A DNA stretch of 64,000 nucleotides from Candidatus Undinarchaeota archaeon (GCA_964574035.1 CAZNLD010000001.1:16220-80219), one strand, 5' to 3'; positions 27,747 to 37,394 are shown, counted from the first letter of the stretch. Notes: generated from the letters alone by a model not told the origin. Numbers and translations: made by a program.

Positions 27747-29342
27747 CTACTTCTTTTTTACTTTCTTAACCAGCTTCTTAACTTCTTTTTTCCTGATCTT
27801 TTCAAGCTCTTTCTTTTCTTTCTTGGTAAGCTTGCCTTCTTCCTCAAGCTTTTCAAGCTTTTCAAATGCCGATTCTGCTTCCTGTTTAGGTTTCTCTTTC
27901 TTTTTCCATTCAGATTTTGTAAGCTCCGGATGAGGATAACTTGGGACAGGATATCTCTTCAGATAGTCTTGAAGAACGTACAAGAGAGCATACCCGGGGC
28001 CCATGAATATCAAAACCAGGAGACTTCCTAAAATTATTGAAAGACCCCATGTTGCTGTTATAAAGGAGTAGATAGTTCCTCCTGTAATTAGCAGAAGCAG
28101 AGCCCAGATGTATGAAGGCCTTAAAACTAAATGATAATTCCACCAGAGTGAAGCAATTCCATATGTTAACTTTCTCATTGTTTTTACATATTTGTCTCTT
28201 CCAAGAAGTCTGATAAGAGATTTTTCCATATAGAAATAAATTATGTCTCTCTTGAAGCGGTATAAATCGTAAGCATTGAAAATATCTCCGTAAACGGCGC
28301 TCATTTTGAATCCGCTCCATTCAGTATCCTCCCACGCATTCTTTACAATGGGTCTATAGAAGTAATGGAACTTCCACCAAGGATAATAAATTAATTCTCT
28401 TCCAGTAATTACAATATCTTCCGGTTTGCATTTTTCAACGTAGGATATCCACTGGATTGCTGCAAGTTTTGCTTCATGTTTTTCCATGGCAGGCCTGTAA
28501 ACAACAAAATTTACTCCTGCAGGCAATTTTGGTTTCTTTATTTTTACTCTTGGAACCATGTGTGTTGATTCCACTGTGTGAATTGCTTCAACTCCAAAAT
28601 AAGCTTCTTTTAATGGTTTAGTGGTGTCCATTTCAGGTTTTATGTCTGTCCAGGAGTCAACCTGACCTGTCAAGGCATTTAAACCGAAATAGCCCTGCTT
28701 CATTTCTGTTTCTCCTTTTTTGGGAGTTACATAATATGAAATTTTCCAGTAAGGTTCATATGCAAGCTCTTTGTTTAAAAACCAAACAGCATCATAATTT
28801 ATGAAAAGCATCTTCTCGAACCACCACTTCAGCTTCCACCTTACTTTTTCGTAATCCCAGTAAACAGGATAAGCAGGAGAGTTGAACCACCATTTGTCCT
28901 TTGTCATGGCTTTTCCGAGGAGTTCCTGTACTTTGCCGGGAGTCATGATATTTACATTTGCAGGAACACCTGCTTCATGAGCCTCCGGTGTGGCTCCGGT
29001 AACTGTAAGTAAAAGTGCAGAGTGGGCGTTAGACTGCTCCCTGATTTGTCCCAAATGTTCAACATCAGAAGGCGTTACTGGTTCGTTGCCTCTTTTATAT
29101 CTTACAATAATTCTTCCGAAAGGTCTTTCAATATCCTTCTTTTCGGCTAAAACATCAACTTTATAAACAATTCCTTCCTCTTCCTTCTTGGGCATTTTTG
29201 CAAGCTCATCAAGTTTGCCAGTTTCCCTTTCAAGAGGAGCAGTGGTTATCTTTCCCCCGACAATCCCTACATTCCTCCTGGTTTCGTACCCGTACATGTT
29301 CAGGAGCTCTTCGGTGAAGTCGAGAAGTGTATTGATATCCAT
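27747..29342 (-). CDS. Hypothetical membrane protein with a degenerate Mrr-like nuclease-fold N-terminus
   Basis: ELLNMYGY...VDVLAEK...IIVRYK...VTPSDV...LLLTVTG.TPEA pattern, two YxPxW-type segments and two C-terminal TM helices. Confidence 0.6.
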   Translation of the reverse strand: MDINTLLDFTEELLNMYGYETRRNVGIVGGKITTAPLERETGKLDELAKMPKKEEEGIVYKVDVLAEKKDIERPFGRIIVRYKRGNEPVTPSDVEHLGQIREQSNAHSALLLTVTGATPEAHEAGVPANVNIMTPGKVQELLGKAMTKDKWWFNSPAYPVYWDYEKVRWKLKWWFEKMLFINYDAVWFLNKELAYEPYWKISYYVTPKKGETEMKQGYFGLNALTGQVDSWTDIKPEMDTTKPLKEAYFGVEAIHTVESTHMVPRVKIKKPKLPAGVNFVVYRPAMEKHEAKLAAIQWISYVEKCKPEDIVITGRELIYYPWWKFHYFYRPIVKNAWEDTEWSGFKMSAVYGDIFNAYDLYRFKRDIIYFYMEKSLIRLLGRDKYVKTMRKLTYGIASLWWNYHLVLRPSYIWALLLLITGGTIYSFITATWGLSIILGSLLVLIFMGPGYALLYVLQDYLKRYPVPSYPHPELTKSEWKKKEKPKQEAESAFEKLEKLEEEGKLTKKEKKELEKIRKKEVKKLVKKVKKK

Positions 29343-29388
29343 TTACAGTATCTTTAAGTATGTTCTTGATATTTATATTTTAGTAAAG

Positions 29389-30465
29389 ATGAAAAAGGTA
29401 GAGGAAAAAGAAATAAAACTGAAAATTCCGGAAAACCACAGGAAGCCGGAAAAATCAGAAGTTTTTTATAATCCAGAGATGGAAATGAATCGGTCTCTTT
29501 CTGTCGCTTCTGCTAAAGTTTATTTTGAGAATAAGAAAATTAAAATTCTGGATCCTTTTTCTGCAACCGGAATCAGGGCCATTAGGTATGCAAAAGAGCT
29601 GGAAGGAACAGTTCTTGCTTCTGATATAAGTCAAAAGGCAGTAGATTTGACTGAAAAAAATGCATATCTGAATGGTGTTGAAATTGAAACAGAAAGAGAA
29701 AAAGCAAATGTAATTCTTAACAGAGCTTATTTCGATTTGATCGATATTGATCCTTTTGGAAGTCCGGCTCCTTTTTTGCAGGCGGCTTCCAAAGCGCTTA
29801 AAAATAATGGGATGCTTGGAATTACTGCAACAGATGCAACTGCTTTATGCGGAGTTTATCCAAAAGTTTGTCTTAGGAACTATGGGGCTGTTCCTTTAAG
29901 AACTGAATACTGCCACGAAATCGCAATGAGAATTTTAATTGGATATACTGTGAAAGAAGCGGCTGTTTATGAAAAAGCAGTTGAACCACTGCTGGTTTTT
30001 AATGACAAACATTATTTCAGACTTCAGCTGAAAATAAGAAAAGGAGCAAAAAGAGCAAATAACTGTCTTGATAAAATTGGTAATATCTACCACTGTTTTA
30101 ACTGCGGAGCAAGGAAAATGGAAAAAGGCAGATTTGTAAAAAAAGAAAAATGTAAATGCGGGGAGAAATTTGAAATTGGCGGACCGGTCTGGACCGGAAA
30201 ATTATTCGATCCTAAGTTTTGTAAGAAGATTTTATTTGAAGTTGAAGGAAATAAAGAACTTGAAAAGCAGACTAGATTGATGATTGAAGAAGCAGGGCAT
30301 GAGCCTCTTTTTTATGATGTTCATGAAGTTTTTAGAGGAAGTTCAATTCCAAAACTTGAAAAAATTATTGAAAAACTGAAAGAAAAAGGATTTAAAGCAA
30401 GCAGAACTCACTTTTCGCCGGTCGGAATTAGAACGGATGCAGAAATATCAGATATTAGATGCTAG
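29389..30465 (+). CDS. trm1: tRNA (guanine-26-N2)-dimethyltransferase
   Basis: VFYNP, SATGIRAIRY, IDIDPFGSP, TATD, zinc ribbon and RTHF motifs; start set at the ATG at 29389. Confidence 0.96.
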   Translation: MKKVEEKEIKLKIPENHRKPEKSEVFYNPEMEMNRSLSVASAKVYFENKKIKILDPFSATGIRAIRYAKELEGTVLASDISQKAVDLTEKNAYLNGVEIETEREKANVILNRAYFDLIDIDPFGSPAPFLQAASKALKNNGMLGITATDATALCGVYPKVCLRNYGAVPLRTEYCHEIAMRILIGYTVKEAAVYEKAVEPLLVFNDKHYFRLQLKIRKGAKRANNCLDKIGNIYHCFNCGARKMEKGRFVKKEKCKCGEKFEIGGPVWTGKLFDPKFCKKILFEVEGNKELEKQTRLMIEEAGHEPLFYDVHEVFRGSSIPKLEKIIEKLKEKGFKASRTHFSPVGIRTDAEISDIRC

Positions 30466-30568
30466 ATAATCGATATAAATGGACAATCGATAATAGATGA
30501 TAGAACATCGATAATCGACAGTTAGACAAGTTGTAGTGTTAATAAACATCTACCAGCAGCTGCCAGCT
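30463..30568 (+). repeat. Heptamer-armed intergenic element, copy 2 (core at 30553-30564)
   Basis: tagataa/tcgatat...tggacaa/tcgataa/tagatga/tagaaca/tcgataa/tcgacag/ttagacaa. Shares the exact strings AATCGACAGTTAGACAA and CTACCAGCAGCTGCC with copy 1. Confidence 0.85.
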
Positions 30569-30588
30569 CAACCATTTTCCCTTGGCCA

Positions 30589-30720
30589 ATACTACCAGTT
30601 CAAATAATTCAAATAATCCGTACCACCCGTCCAAATTATCCGGCGAATTCACACTGCCAGTTCAAATTACTTGAATAGCTCAAAACACCAGCTCGAATTA
30701 CTCAGCGAGCTCAAACTACC
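30589..30720. repeat. Degenerate 31-bp tandem repeat (4 units plus a partial)
   Basis: Units start at 30589, 30620, 30651 and 30682; consensus approximately nnACYACCAGYTCAAATTAYTCrrnnARYTC. Confidence 0.8.
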
Positions 30721-30725
30721 TACCT

Positions 30726-31634
30726 TCAAATAGCTTCTTCCATCTTTTCTTTCATACCGAGCTCATCAATTAATTCCTTATATCTATTCCTGATTGTAAC
30801 TTCGGTAACTCCAGCTACTTCTGCAACTTCTCTCTGCGTTCTCTTTTCTCCAGTTAGTGTAGAAGCAACATAGATTGCTGCTGCAGCTACGCCTGTCGGT
30901 CCCCTGCCGGAAACTAAATCTTTGTCCTGAGCATCTTTTAAAATTTTAATTGATTTCTGCTGGGTTTCAGGACTTAGTTTAAGTTCAGAAGCAAATCTTG
31001 GTAAATAATCAATTGGCGAAGTTGGCAATAATTTAATGCCGAGTTCTCTGGTAATAAATCTGTAAGTCCTTCCGACTTCTCTTTTCTTAACATTAGAAGC
31101 TTCTGCAATTTCATCCAAGGTTCTTGGAACCTTATGTTTTCTGCATGCTGCATATAAAGCAGCTGCAACAACTGATTCCATTGACCTTCCTCTTACCAAC
31201 CCTTTAGTAACTGCTTTTCTGTAGATTAAAGCAGTAGTCTCTCTAATGTTTTTAGGAAGTCCTAAGGCGGATGAAATCCTGTCAAGTTCTGAAAGCGCGT
31301 ATCTTAAATTTCTTTCAGTAGCTGTTGAAACCTGACTGTGCCATCTTTTTAATCTATAGAAAGAAGCTCTTTTTGAAGGTGAAAGTTTGTAAAGTGAAGA
31401 ATAGCCGTGGCTTCCGATAGAAGTTGAAAGTCCTTTGTCGTGTCTTGTATAAGTTAAGAAAGAACCCGTTCTGTCTCTTTTCTTTTTCTGTTCATAGTTG
31501 AATGCTCTCCATTCCTGGCTTCTGTCAATCTGCCTCTCTTCAAGAACCAAACCACACTTTGCACAGATCTTTTCAGCTCGTCTTGGATCTGTCTTGAACT
31601 TTTTTGAACCGCATTCAGGACAAGTGTCCGCCAT
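30726..31634 (-). CDS. tfb: Transcription initiation factor IIB
   Basis: CPECG zinc ribbon, EWRAF, ERNL, RGRS, PRTLDEI and [12 protein letters not shown] motifs. Confidence 0.98.
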   Translation of the reverse strand: MADTCPECGSKKFKTDPRRAEKICAKCGLVLEERQIDRSQEWRAFNYEQKKKRDRTGSFLTYTRHDKGLSTSIGSHGYSSLYKLSPSKRASFYRLKRWHSQVSTATERNLRYALSELDRISSALGLPKNIRETTALIYRKAVTKGLVRGRSMESVVAAALYAACRKHKVPRTLDEIAEASNVKKREVGRTYRFITRELGIKLLPTSPIDYLPRFASELKLSPETQQKSIKILKDAQDKDLVSGRGPTGVAAAAIYVASTLTGEKRTQREVAEVAGVTEVTIRNRYKELIDELGMKEKMEEAI

Positions 31635-31885
31635 TATTCTTCCTCTTTTAAGTAAAGTTCTTTGCCTTTGGTTTTCTTTAAATTAGATTTTACCGGTTTT
31701 ACTGACAAATATGGTTTTTTAACCGGTCCGAAAACATCTTTGACTAGACCGACTTTCTGTAATTTTTCATCTACCAATTCTTTATTAACAAAATTGACTG
31801 CCTTCTGAAGCTCAAAATGAGAGTCAGCCTCTAGAATTAAGTCTTTGCCCTTTGAAGAATTGATAATTTTGCCTACTTTTTCCAT
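31634..31885 (-). CDS. gar1: H/ACA snoRNP protein Gar1
   Basis: [19 protein letters not shown]; conserved gar1-tfb adjacency. Confidence 0.9.
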   Translation of the reverse strand: MEKVGKIINSSKGKDLILEADSHFELQKAVNFVNKELVDEKLQKVGLVKDVFGPVKKPYLSVKPVKSNLKKTKGKELYLKEEE

Positions 31886-31975
31886 GAGATTTATATATGA
31901 GTAAAAAAAGTGATATATAAATGTTTTGGTTTTATGAATTCTTTTCCATATAGTAAATAAATAAGCTTTTTAAAT

Positions 31976-34900
31976 TTATCTGTTTCTAACCCTGACAACA
32001 TACCAGCCGCCTATGAGCGAAATAAAACCTAAGATTGCTACTAGATAGCCGTAAATTTTACCTGCTCCAAAAGCAGTTAAAAACCCGGTTGGACCTTCTT
32101 CAGTTTGGTTTTCTCCCTGATTTTCCTCTTCTGCTGGAGTGGTCTCCGACTCTTCTGAGGACGGTTCCTCTGGCTCGGTTCCAGCAGACTGGGTAGAGTT
32201 TGTCTCTTCCTCTTCTACTGGTTCTTCTTCACTAAAACTTCCTGAATAGCCTCCTCCTCCTCCGCCACCGGAGCTTCCGCTTCCACTTGAACCGCCATTG
32301 TTTGAAGAATCGCCGTCCTCGGCGTTATTTTCTTCTTCAGACGTGTTGATAAGTAAAGAATAGTTACTGCTTTTAACAAAATTCTTCCCGTCGACTGCCT
32401 CAATCCAGTAGGAGTAAATGCCATCAGTTAAATTCAAACTTTCTGGAATAATAAGCTTTGAAAGAGTGCTGTTTTTAATGCTATTATTCAAAGAAACATT
32501 GGTTCCATTCAGGAAAAGAACAGCTGAAAGAGTTCCCTGTTCTTCATCAATTAATTTGAATTTTATTTCAGCTGATGTCTTGTTAGTAGTTATGTTAGTT
32601 GTATTCATTTCAATTACAGGCGGGTTGTTTTTAACTCGGAATAAATGCCTTGGATAAGTATGAACCATTTTTCCGTCGTCTATTTCAAACCAATAGGAAT
32701 GATTTCCGGCTGAAAGATTTATAAGATTGAATTCGGCCGGAGTTCCATTTTCTGCAGTTAAATTTAAGCTTGAATTTTCTCCATCTAAAAATAAAGTGAC
32801 ATTGAACTCTCCATCATCCTTATCAGTAATTTTGAAACCCAGAGTTATATTTTCATAAGTTATAGTAGAGTTATTAACCATACTTATATTCAGTTCAGGA
32901 ACTGAACAAATCGTAATTAGACGTATTGGTGAAACTGAATTGTTAATTCTGTCGCCTGCTTTTATCCAAAAAGAATATCTGCCCGGTTCCAATCCCTCTC
33001 TTGGAATTAATGAAACGGAAGTATTGTTTGGAATTGTTTCATCTGAATCAACAGAAGAATTATTGAACAAAAGCTCAGCAGAAAGAGTTTCATTTTCTAT
33101 GTCCGAAAGCTTGAAAAATATTTCAGGAGTTGAATTTGAGGTAATAGTATTATTTTCTGTTTCAATTTGTATTTCTGGCGGGTCATTTATTACTTCAAAA
33201 GAATATCTCTCTGAAACGCCAGTTAAATCGGAATCATCTGCTTCAATCCAGTAAAAGTGTTTTCCTAATGAAGCAGATGCGGATATGTTTGCTTCAGTGT
33301 TGTTTTTAATTGAAGCCCTGCTCCCTTTTTCTTTGCCGTCTATGAAAAGAACAGCATCAGTAATATTTTGCTCTAGGTCAACTACTTTAAAATCAAATGA
33401 ATTTTCTTTTGAATGAGTTTTAGTTTCGTTTTCCTCTAAAATTTCGATTTCCGGTGCAGTATTAATTAATCTGTACTTTCCTGAAATTTCATAAAGGATT
33501 GGAGTTGAATTTCCATTTCCCTTGAAATTAATTTTAATTTTAAAAGGGCCGGTTACATTGTCAAAACTTCCAGAAGTCAAATCCGGATTTTTTATAGATA
33601 GATTATTTCCATTAACCAAATCATAGGAATACTCTGCAAGAAGCTCTTCTGAGGTCGAATTTACAAATTTAACTGATGAAATAAAATTCTCATAATCCCC
33701 TGAATATTTAAAAGTAGATTCAAGGAGTTTCATTTCATCCGGAACATTAAGTTCAGAGGAAGTCCATTCCCCGCTTTCCATATAAATAAGAGGAGGGTCT
33801 GAAATTTGAGCGTTCTTTATCAGATAATTTGAAAACCTAGCACCAGGGCCGTCTGCTCTTTTGGGAGACCTATATGAAAATTCAATTTTTCCTTCGCCAT
33901 TTGAACCCGTATCTGAAATATTTCCAATTATTTTCCAAGAATTGTTGTTTATCTTGTAATAACCGAAAAAATCATCTTCCTTTCTTTCTATTTTCAAAAA
34001 GAGTTTATCCCCATTGAATATTTTATTTGGATAAATCAATTTACTCTTTTTCTCAGTATTAAAACCGTCCCTTACAGTCATTTGAACATGTGTTCTATTA
34101 TATGAAACAGCTGAAAAACTCATTCTGCCTTCAGTAAATATCAATCCAGCTTGATAATCTGAAAGTTCATTTGGGTCAGGAGGAGGGAATATCGGTACAG
34201 GAGCCAGCGAGATGAAGCCTGAAATTTTTGCCATTGACAATAAATTATTTGGAGCTGAAAATACTCCTTTAAGAATTGAACTGGCCCTGCTAATATTTGA
34301 TTCTGCAAACGGTTCATTGCCTGTGCACATCTGAGCTGGGCTTGATGATGCAGTTGCAGTGGATGTTTTTCCATTTGGGCTTTTTAAAATCCAAACTACT
34401 GCTCCTCTTTCAAAGTAAACTGAAAAATTTCCCCTCACTCTTCCAGGAGCAAAATATTCCGGCTGGCCCGCATTTTGTCCGTTTGTCTGCCCTGCAAATC
34501 GGTTGTCTATGCCAATTGGAATATAGGCAGTGCAGTTATCATTTCTGTTATAATAACCAAAATGAGCGGTATATGTTCCGTTTTCATTATGTTCAACACA
34601 CTCAAGGACAGGACTTATTTTTTTAGGAGGATCTATACAATTAGATTCATTCTCATGAGATTCGTTTTCTTCCCCATAAGGATTGTAAAATGTCCATTCA
34701 GGAATCTCGGTCTGAATGGAAAAATTACCTGAAAATTTAGATTTTAATTCTACGGAAACTGTTTTTCTATTTCGAGTAGTGTTTAAAATCAGTAAATTAT
34801 TTTCAATTCGTGTCTCTGAAAACCGCTCTTCACCACCATCATTTAGTTTCCATGTAGACATATTGTCTGTTTTAAAAGTAAAACTACTTCCCATCCTACC

Positions 34901-35104
34901 GGCGAGCTGAAGCTGATTTTTAGCTATTGAAGGGTTGTCGGTAAAAGTTTCAACTTCAAAAATGTTTGAAGAATTTGATTTAAAACCGGAATCAAAATCA
35001 GCAGTCCTGGAAATATTGAATTCTTCTTCTCCTGTTTCAGCAAGGACCGGAACTGCTAAAAATAAAAAAATAAACAACAGCACCGATATTACTTTTGACC
35101 TCAT
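31976..35104 (-). CDS. Large surface glycoprotein/adhesin-like protein, 1042 aa
   Basis: Signal peptide, Cys-containing ISPVLECV...YTAHFGY module, four ~95-aa N.PP.I...Y.(Y/F)W(I/F) repeats, many NxS/T sequons, Gly/Ser and acidic linker, PTGF plus TM anchor. Confidence 0.75.
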   Translation of the reverse strand: MRSKVISVLLFIFLFLAVPVLAETGEEEFNISRTADFDSGFKSNSSNIFEVETFTDNPSIAKNQLQLAGRMGSSFTFKTDNMSTWKLNDGGEERFSETRIENNLLILNTTRNRKTVSVELKSKFSGNFSIQTEIPEWTFYNPYGEENESHENESNCIDPPKKISPVLECVEHNENGTYTAHFGYYNRNDNCTAYIPIGIDNRFAGQTNGQNAGQPEYFAPGRVRGNFSVYFERGAVVWILKSPNGKTSTATASSSPAQMCTGNEPFAESNISRASSILKGVFSAPNNLLSMAKISGFISLAPVPIFPPPDPNELSDYQAGLIFTEGRMSFSAVSYNRTHVQMTVRDGFNTEKKSKLIYPNKIFNGDKLFLKIERKEDDFFGYYKINNNSWKIIGNISDTGSNGEGKIEFSYRSPKRADGPGARFSNYLIKNAQISDPPLIYMESGEWTSSELNVPDEMKLLESTFKYSGDYENFISSVKFVNSTSEELLAEYSYDLVNGNNLSIKNPDLTSGSFDNVTGPFKIKINFKGNGNSTPILYEISGKYRLINTAPEIEILEENETKTHSKENSFDFKVVDLEQNITDAVLFIDGKEKGSRASIKNNTEANISASASLGKHFYWIEADDSDLTGVSERYSFEVINDPPEIQIETENNTITSNSTPEIFFKLSDIENETLSAELLFNNSSVDSDETIPNNTSVSLIPREGLEPGRYSFWIKAGDRINNSVSPIRLITICSVPELNISMVNNSTITYENITLGFKITDKDDGEFNVTLFLDGENSSLNLTAENGTPAEFNLINLSAGNHSYWFEIDDGKMVHTYPRHLFRVKNNPPVIEMNTTNITTNKTSAEIKFKLIDEEQGTLSAVLFLNGTNVSLNNSIKNSTLSKLIIPESLNLTDGIYSYWIEAVDGKNFVKSSNYSLLINTSEEENNAEDGDSSNNGGSSGSGSSGGGGGGGYSGSFSEEEPVEEEETNSTQSAGTEPEEPSSEESETTPAEEENQGENQTEEGPTGFLTAFGAGKIYGYLVAILGFISLIGGWYVVRVRNR

Positions 35105-35153
35105 TAAAAGTATATTCTAAATTAAGATATTTAAATATACCTAAAAATAAGAA

Positions 35154-35489
35154 CTACTTCTTTTTCTTTGGCTTAAGAAGTTTATGTCTTACAAAGTTTC
35201 CTTTTTTTGTTAATGCAAGTCCGGTAATATTTCCATACTTTTTGTTGTATTTTTCAACATATTCACAGGTCTTGATTAAGCCCAATTCACCAAGCTTTTT
35301 TAAAGCTGTTGAAGTATTCGCCCATGTATATCTTAATTTCTTGGCTAAAAGAGAAGTATAATAGATATTCTCCGAATCCATATGTTTTAGAATACGAAAC
35401 ATAAGCTCACTGCTACTGTCATCTAATTCATCGGCCAGTTTTTTTACATCCAACCTTTTTAGTTTTTTAATATTCATAGATACTACCAT
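35154..35489 (-). CDS. Winged-helix DNA-binding protein
   Basis: YTSLLAKKL..TWANTSTALKKLGELGLI...LTKKG; start uncertain. Confidence 0.75.
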   Translation of the reverse strand: MVVSMNIKKLKRLDVKKLADELDDSSSELMFRILKHMDSENIYYTSLLAKKLRYTWANTSTALKKLGELGLIKTCEYVEKYNKKYGNITGLALTKKGNFVRHKLLKPKKKK

Positions 35490-35590
35490 TCGGGCAAATA
35501 AAATAAAAACCCTTTTTATAAAATAGACAATTTCCATTTATAAGTATTTCGGAGGCAGAAATTTCGGGAAAAGCACGCGTGGAATCTTAT

Positions 35591-36049
35591 TTAGCAGCTG
35601 CCGGTAGTGCATGTGAATGAAAAGGTCTTCTCTGCTGTCGATTCGTCAGATGTAATTTTTATTGTCTTTGTTGAGGTTACATAGTTAGTGCAGTCAACTG
35701 TTGCATTAAAGTTAGTTATAGTACCTGGATCTAAACTTGAATTAGACATACCAGGCTGTATTGCATCATCAATATATATCTGCAAGTTCTTTGCTTTCTC
35801 AGTTCCTGCATTTCTTACACTGATTGTCAAATTTGAACTTCCGGCATTACAACCTAAATTATATCCTTCCACCCTTAATTGGACTTTTAAGCTCCCTAAA
35901 AGTCGTTCTGTAGTGTTTTCAGTGCTCGTTTCAATTGATGCCTGGGTCCTCTGAAGCCAGGTATAAGCTAAACCGGCAATAGAGATAGTCATCATTAAAA
36001 GGAGTATTACAGAAATTACTGGAGTTATACCTTTGTTGTTAAATAACAT
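35591..36049 (-). CDS. Archaeal type IV pilin-like protein
   Basis: Class III signal peptide NNKG/ITPVISVILLLMMT; SVRNAG motif. Confidence 0.9.
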   Translation of the reverse strand: MLFNNKGITPVISVILLLMMTISIAGLAYTWLQRTQASIETSTENTTERLLGSLKVQLRVEGYNLGCNAGSSNLTISVRNAGTEKAKNLQIYIDDAIQPGMSNSSLDPGTITNFNATVDCTNYVTSTKTIKITSDESTAEKTFSFTCTTGSC

Positions 36050-36050
36050 T

Positions 36051-36536
36051 TTAAGAGCATGAGCCTGAAGAACAGGTTATTTCAAATAATGTCTCTGAAG
36101 TTACCTGGTCGGAAGTTACTTTAATTGTTCTCGTCCTGTTTATCCAATCGGTGCAGGTTCTATTTCCTAAGTCAAATGAAGTAGTATTTCCTGGTCCTAA
36201 AGAAGTGTAATTCGATACATTAATTAGCGCATTATCTGCATAAAGCCGGAGATTCTTAACTTTTTTAGTTCCGCTGTTCCGTATATAGAAGGTCATTTCA
36301 ACATCTGAAGTTCCGCTATAACATTTTGCTTTATAGCCGTCAATACTCAGCTGAGCTTTGAAACCAGTCATTAGCTCTTCAGTAGTGTTTTCAGTACTTG
36401 ACTGAATAGATGCTTCCATCCTTTGAAGCCAGGTATAAGCAAGTCCTGCAATAGCGATCGTCATCATTAAAAGAAGAACAACTGAAATAATAGGAGTTAT
36501 TCCTTTTCTGTTCCTCAAAAAACTTCTTCTGCTCAT
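36051..36536 (-). CDS. Archaeal type IV pilin-like protein (paralog of the next gene)
   Basis: Class III signal peptide NRKG/ITPIISVVLLLMMT; YIRNSG motif. Confidence 0.9.
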   Translation of the reverse strand: MSRRSFLRNRKGITPIISVVLLLMMTIAIAGLAYTWLQRMEASIQSSTENTTEELMTGFKAQLSIDGYKAKCYSGTSDVEMTFYIRNSGTKKVKNLRLYADNALINVSNYTSLGPGNTTSFDLGNRTCTDWINRTRTIKVTSDQVTSETLFEITCSSGSCS

Positions 36537-36742
36537 AATCTCTGCTCAAACAGCTCCGTCATTTCTTCTATCATGTAGAGTATTGCAAGAAGGATTATAA
36601 TTTGTAAAGTTGTCAGGAAAATCAAGCCCATTAGAAAGCTCCCTGTTTTATAGGCTATATATGCAACGATAATCCCAAATACAAATGCAAGTATTACTGC
36701 ACCCTGTATGACTACTTTCCTATCTTGTCTATGGCTTTTCAT
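36533..36742 (-). CDS. Small two-TM protein
   Basis: 69 aa, two hydrophobic helices, ATGA-coupled to the pilin gene. Confidence 0.7.
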   Translation of the reverse strand: MKSHRQDRKVVIQGAVILAFVFGIIVAYIAYKTGSFLMGLIFLTTLQIIILLAILYMIEEMTELFEQRL

Positions 36743-36749
36743 TGTTTAA

Positions 36750-37394
36750 TTATGAGGGAGGGAACGGAGGCGGTGGTAATTCTCCTTCTTCTAATTCAGG
36801 TCTTTTTCTTGCCGGCGCTCTCTGCTGTTGAGGAGCGGTTCTCTCACTCCTTGGTTCAGGTCCTCTTCGTTGAGCCGGAGCTCTGCTCGACGTCTTTTTG
36901 GACTGTGTTCTTAAATCCTTTTCTATTAATTTAAGTAAATGTTGAGTCTGCTTGTTTTGTTCAATAGTTGCTTGGAGAGCACTTCTGATTCCGTTCATCT
37001 GTTTTGAAATTATTTCTCCAACCTCTGTTTCTTCAGCGCCTTCAATCTCTGCTGCCTGAGAAAAATAATCAAGAATTTTAGTAAGTTTATTTGAAAGTAG
37101 CTTGTTAGTTTTGTTCATTGAATCCAAAGCTTCTTGAAGTTTAGATGAAAGCTCCTTGTTAGTTCTTGAAACTTCCTTTACCATTTTCTGAGAGTTTTTG
37201 AGGAGTTCCATAACTTTCGGCATGAATTCTTCGACTGTTTTTCCAAACTTTGAAGCCCCCACTGAACCTCTAATTGCATTTCTGATTTCGTCAATTTCCT
37301 TTTCAAGATTTTCGCTTTTTTCTTCTGATTTAGAATATGTTTCTGTGGGAACTATCTCATAATATTCGTCCTCGTTTTTTGTTTGCTTTGGCAT
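36750..37394 (-). CDS. Coiled-coil hypothetical protein with Pro-rich C-terminus
   Basis: Heptad-rich helices and terminal ELPPPPFPPS; first gene of the pilin cluster. Confidence 0.7.
   Translation of the reverse strand: MPKQTKNEDEYYEIVPTETYSKSEEKSENLEKEIDEIRNAIRGSVGASKFGKTVEEFMPKVMELLKNSQKMVKEVSRTNKELSSKLQEALDSMNKTNKLLSNKLTKILDYFSQAAEIEGAEETEVGEIISKQMNGIRSALQATIEQNKQTQHLLKLIEKDLRTQSKKTSSRAPAQRRGPEPRSERTAPQQQRAPARKRPELEEGELPPPPFPPS

Noticed and set aside
29188..29388. Long N-terminal extension of Trm1 in the ORF track
   Set aside because: It overlaps the divergent 531-aa gene; the ATG at 29389 fits the family start.
30589..30720. Possible CRISPR array
   Set aside because: Units are contiguous and degenerate along their whole length, with no invariant repeat plus unique spacer pattern and no cas genes.
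32240..32310. GC-rich CCT/CCG triplet run
   Set aside because: It encodes the Gly/Ser linker of the surface protein and is ordinary low-complexity coding sequence.
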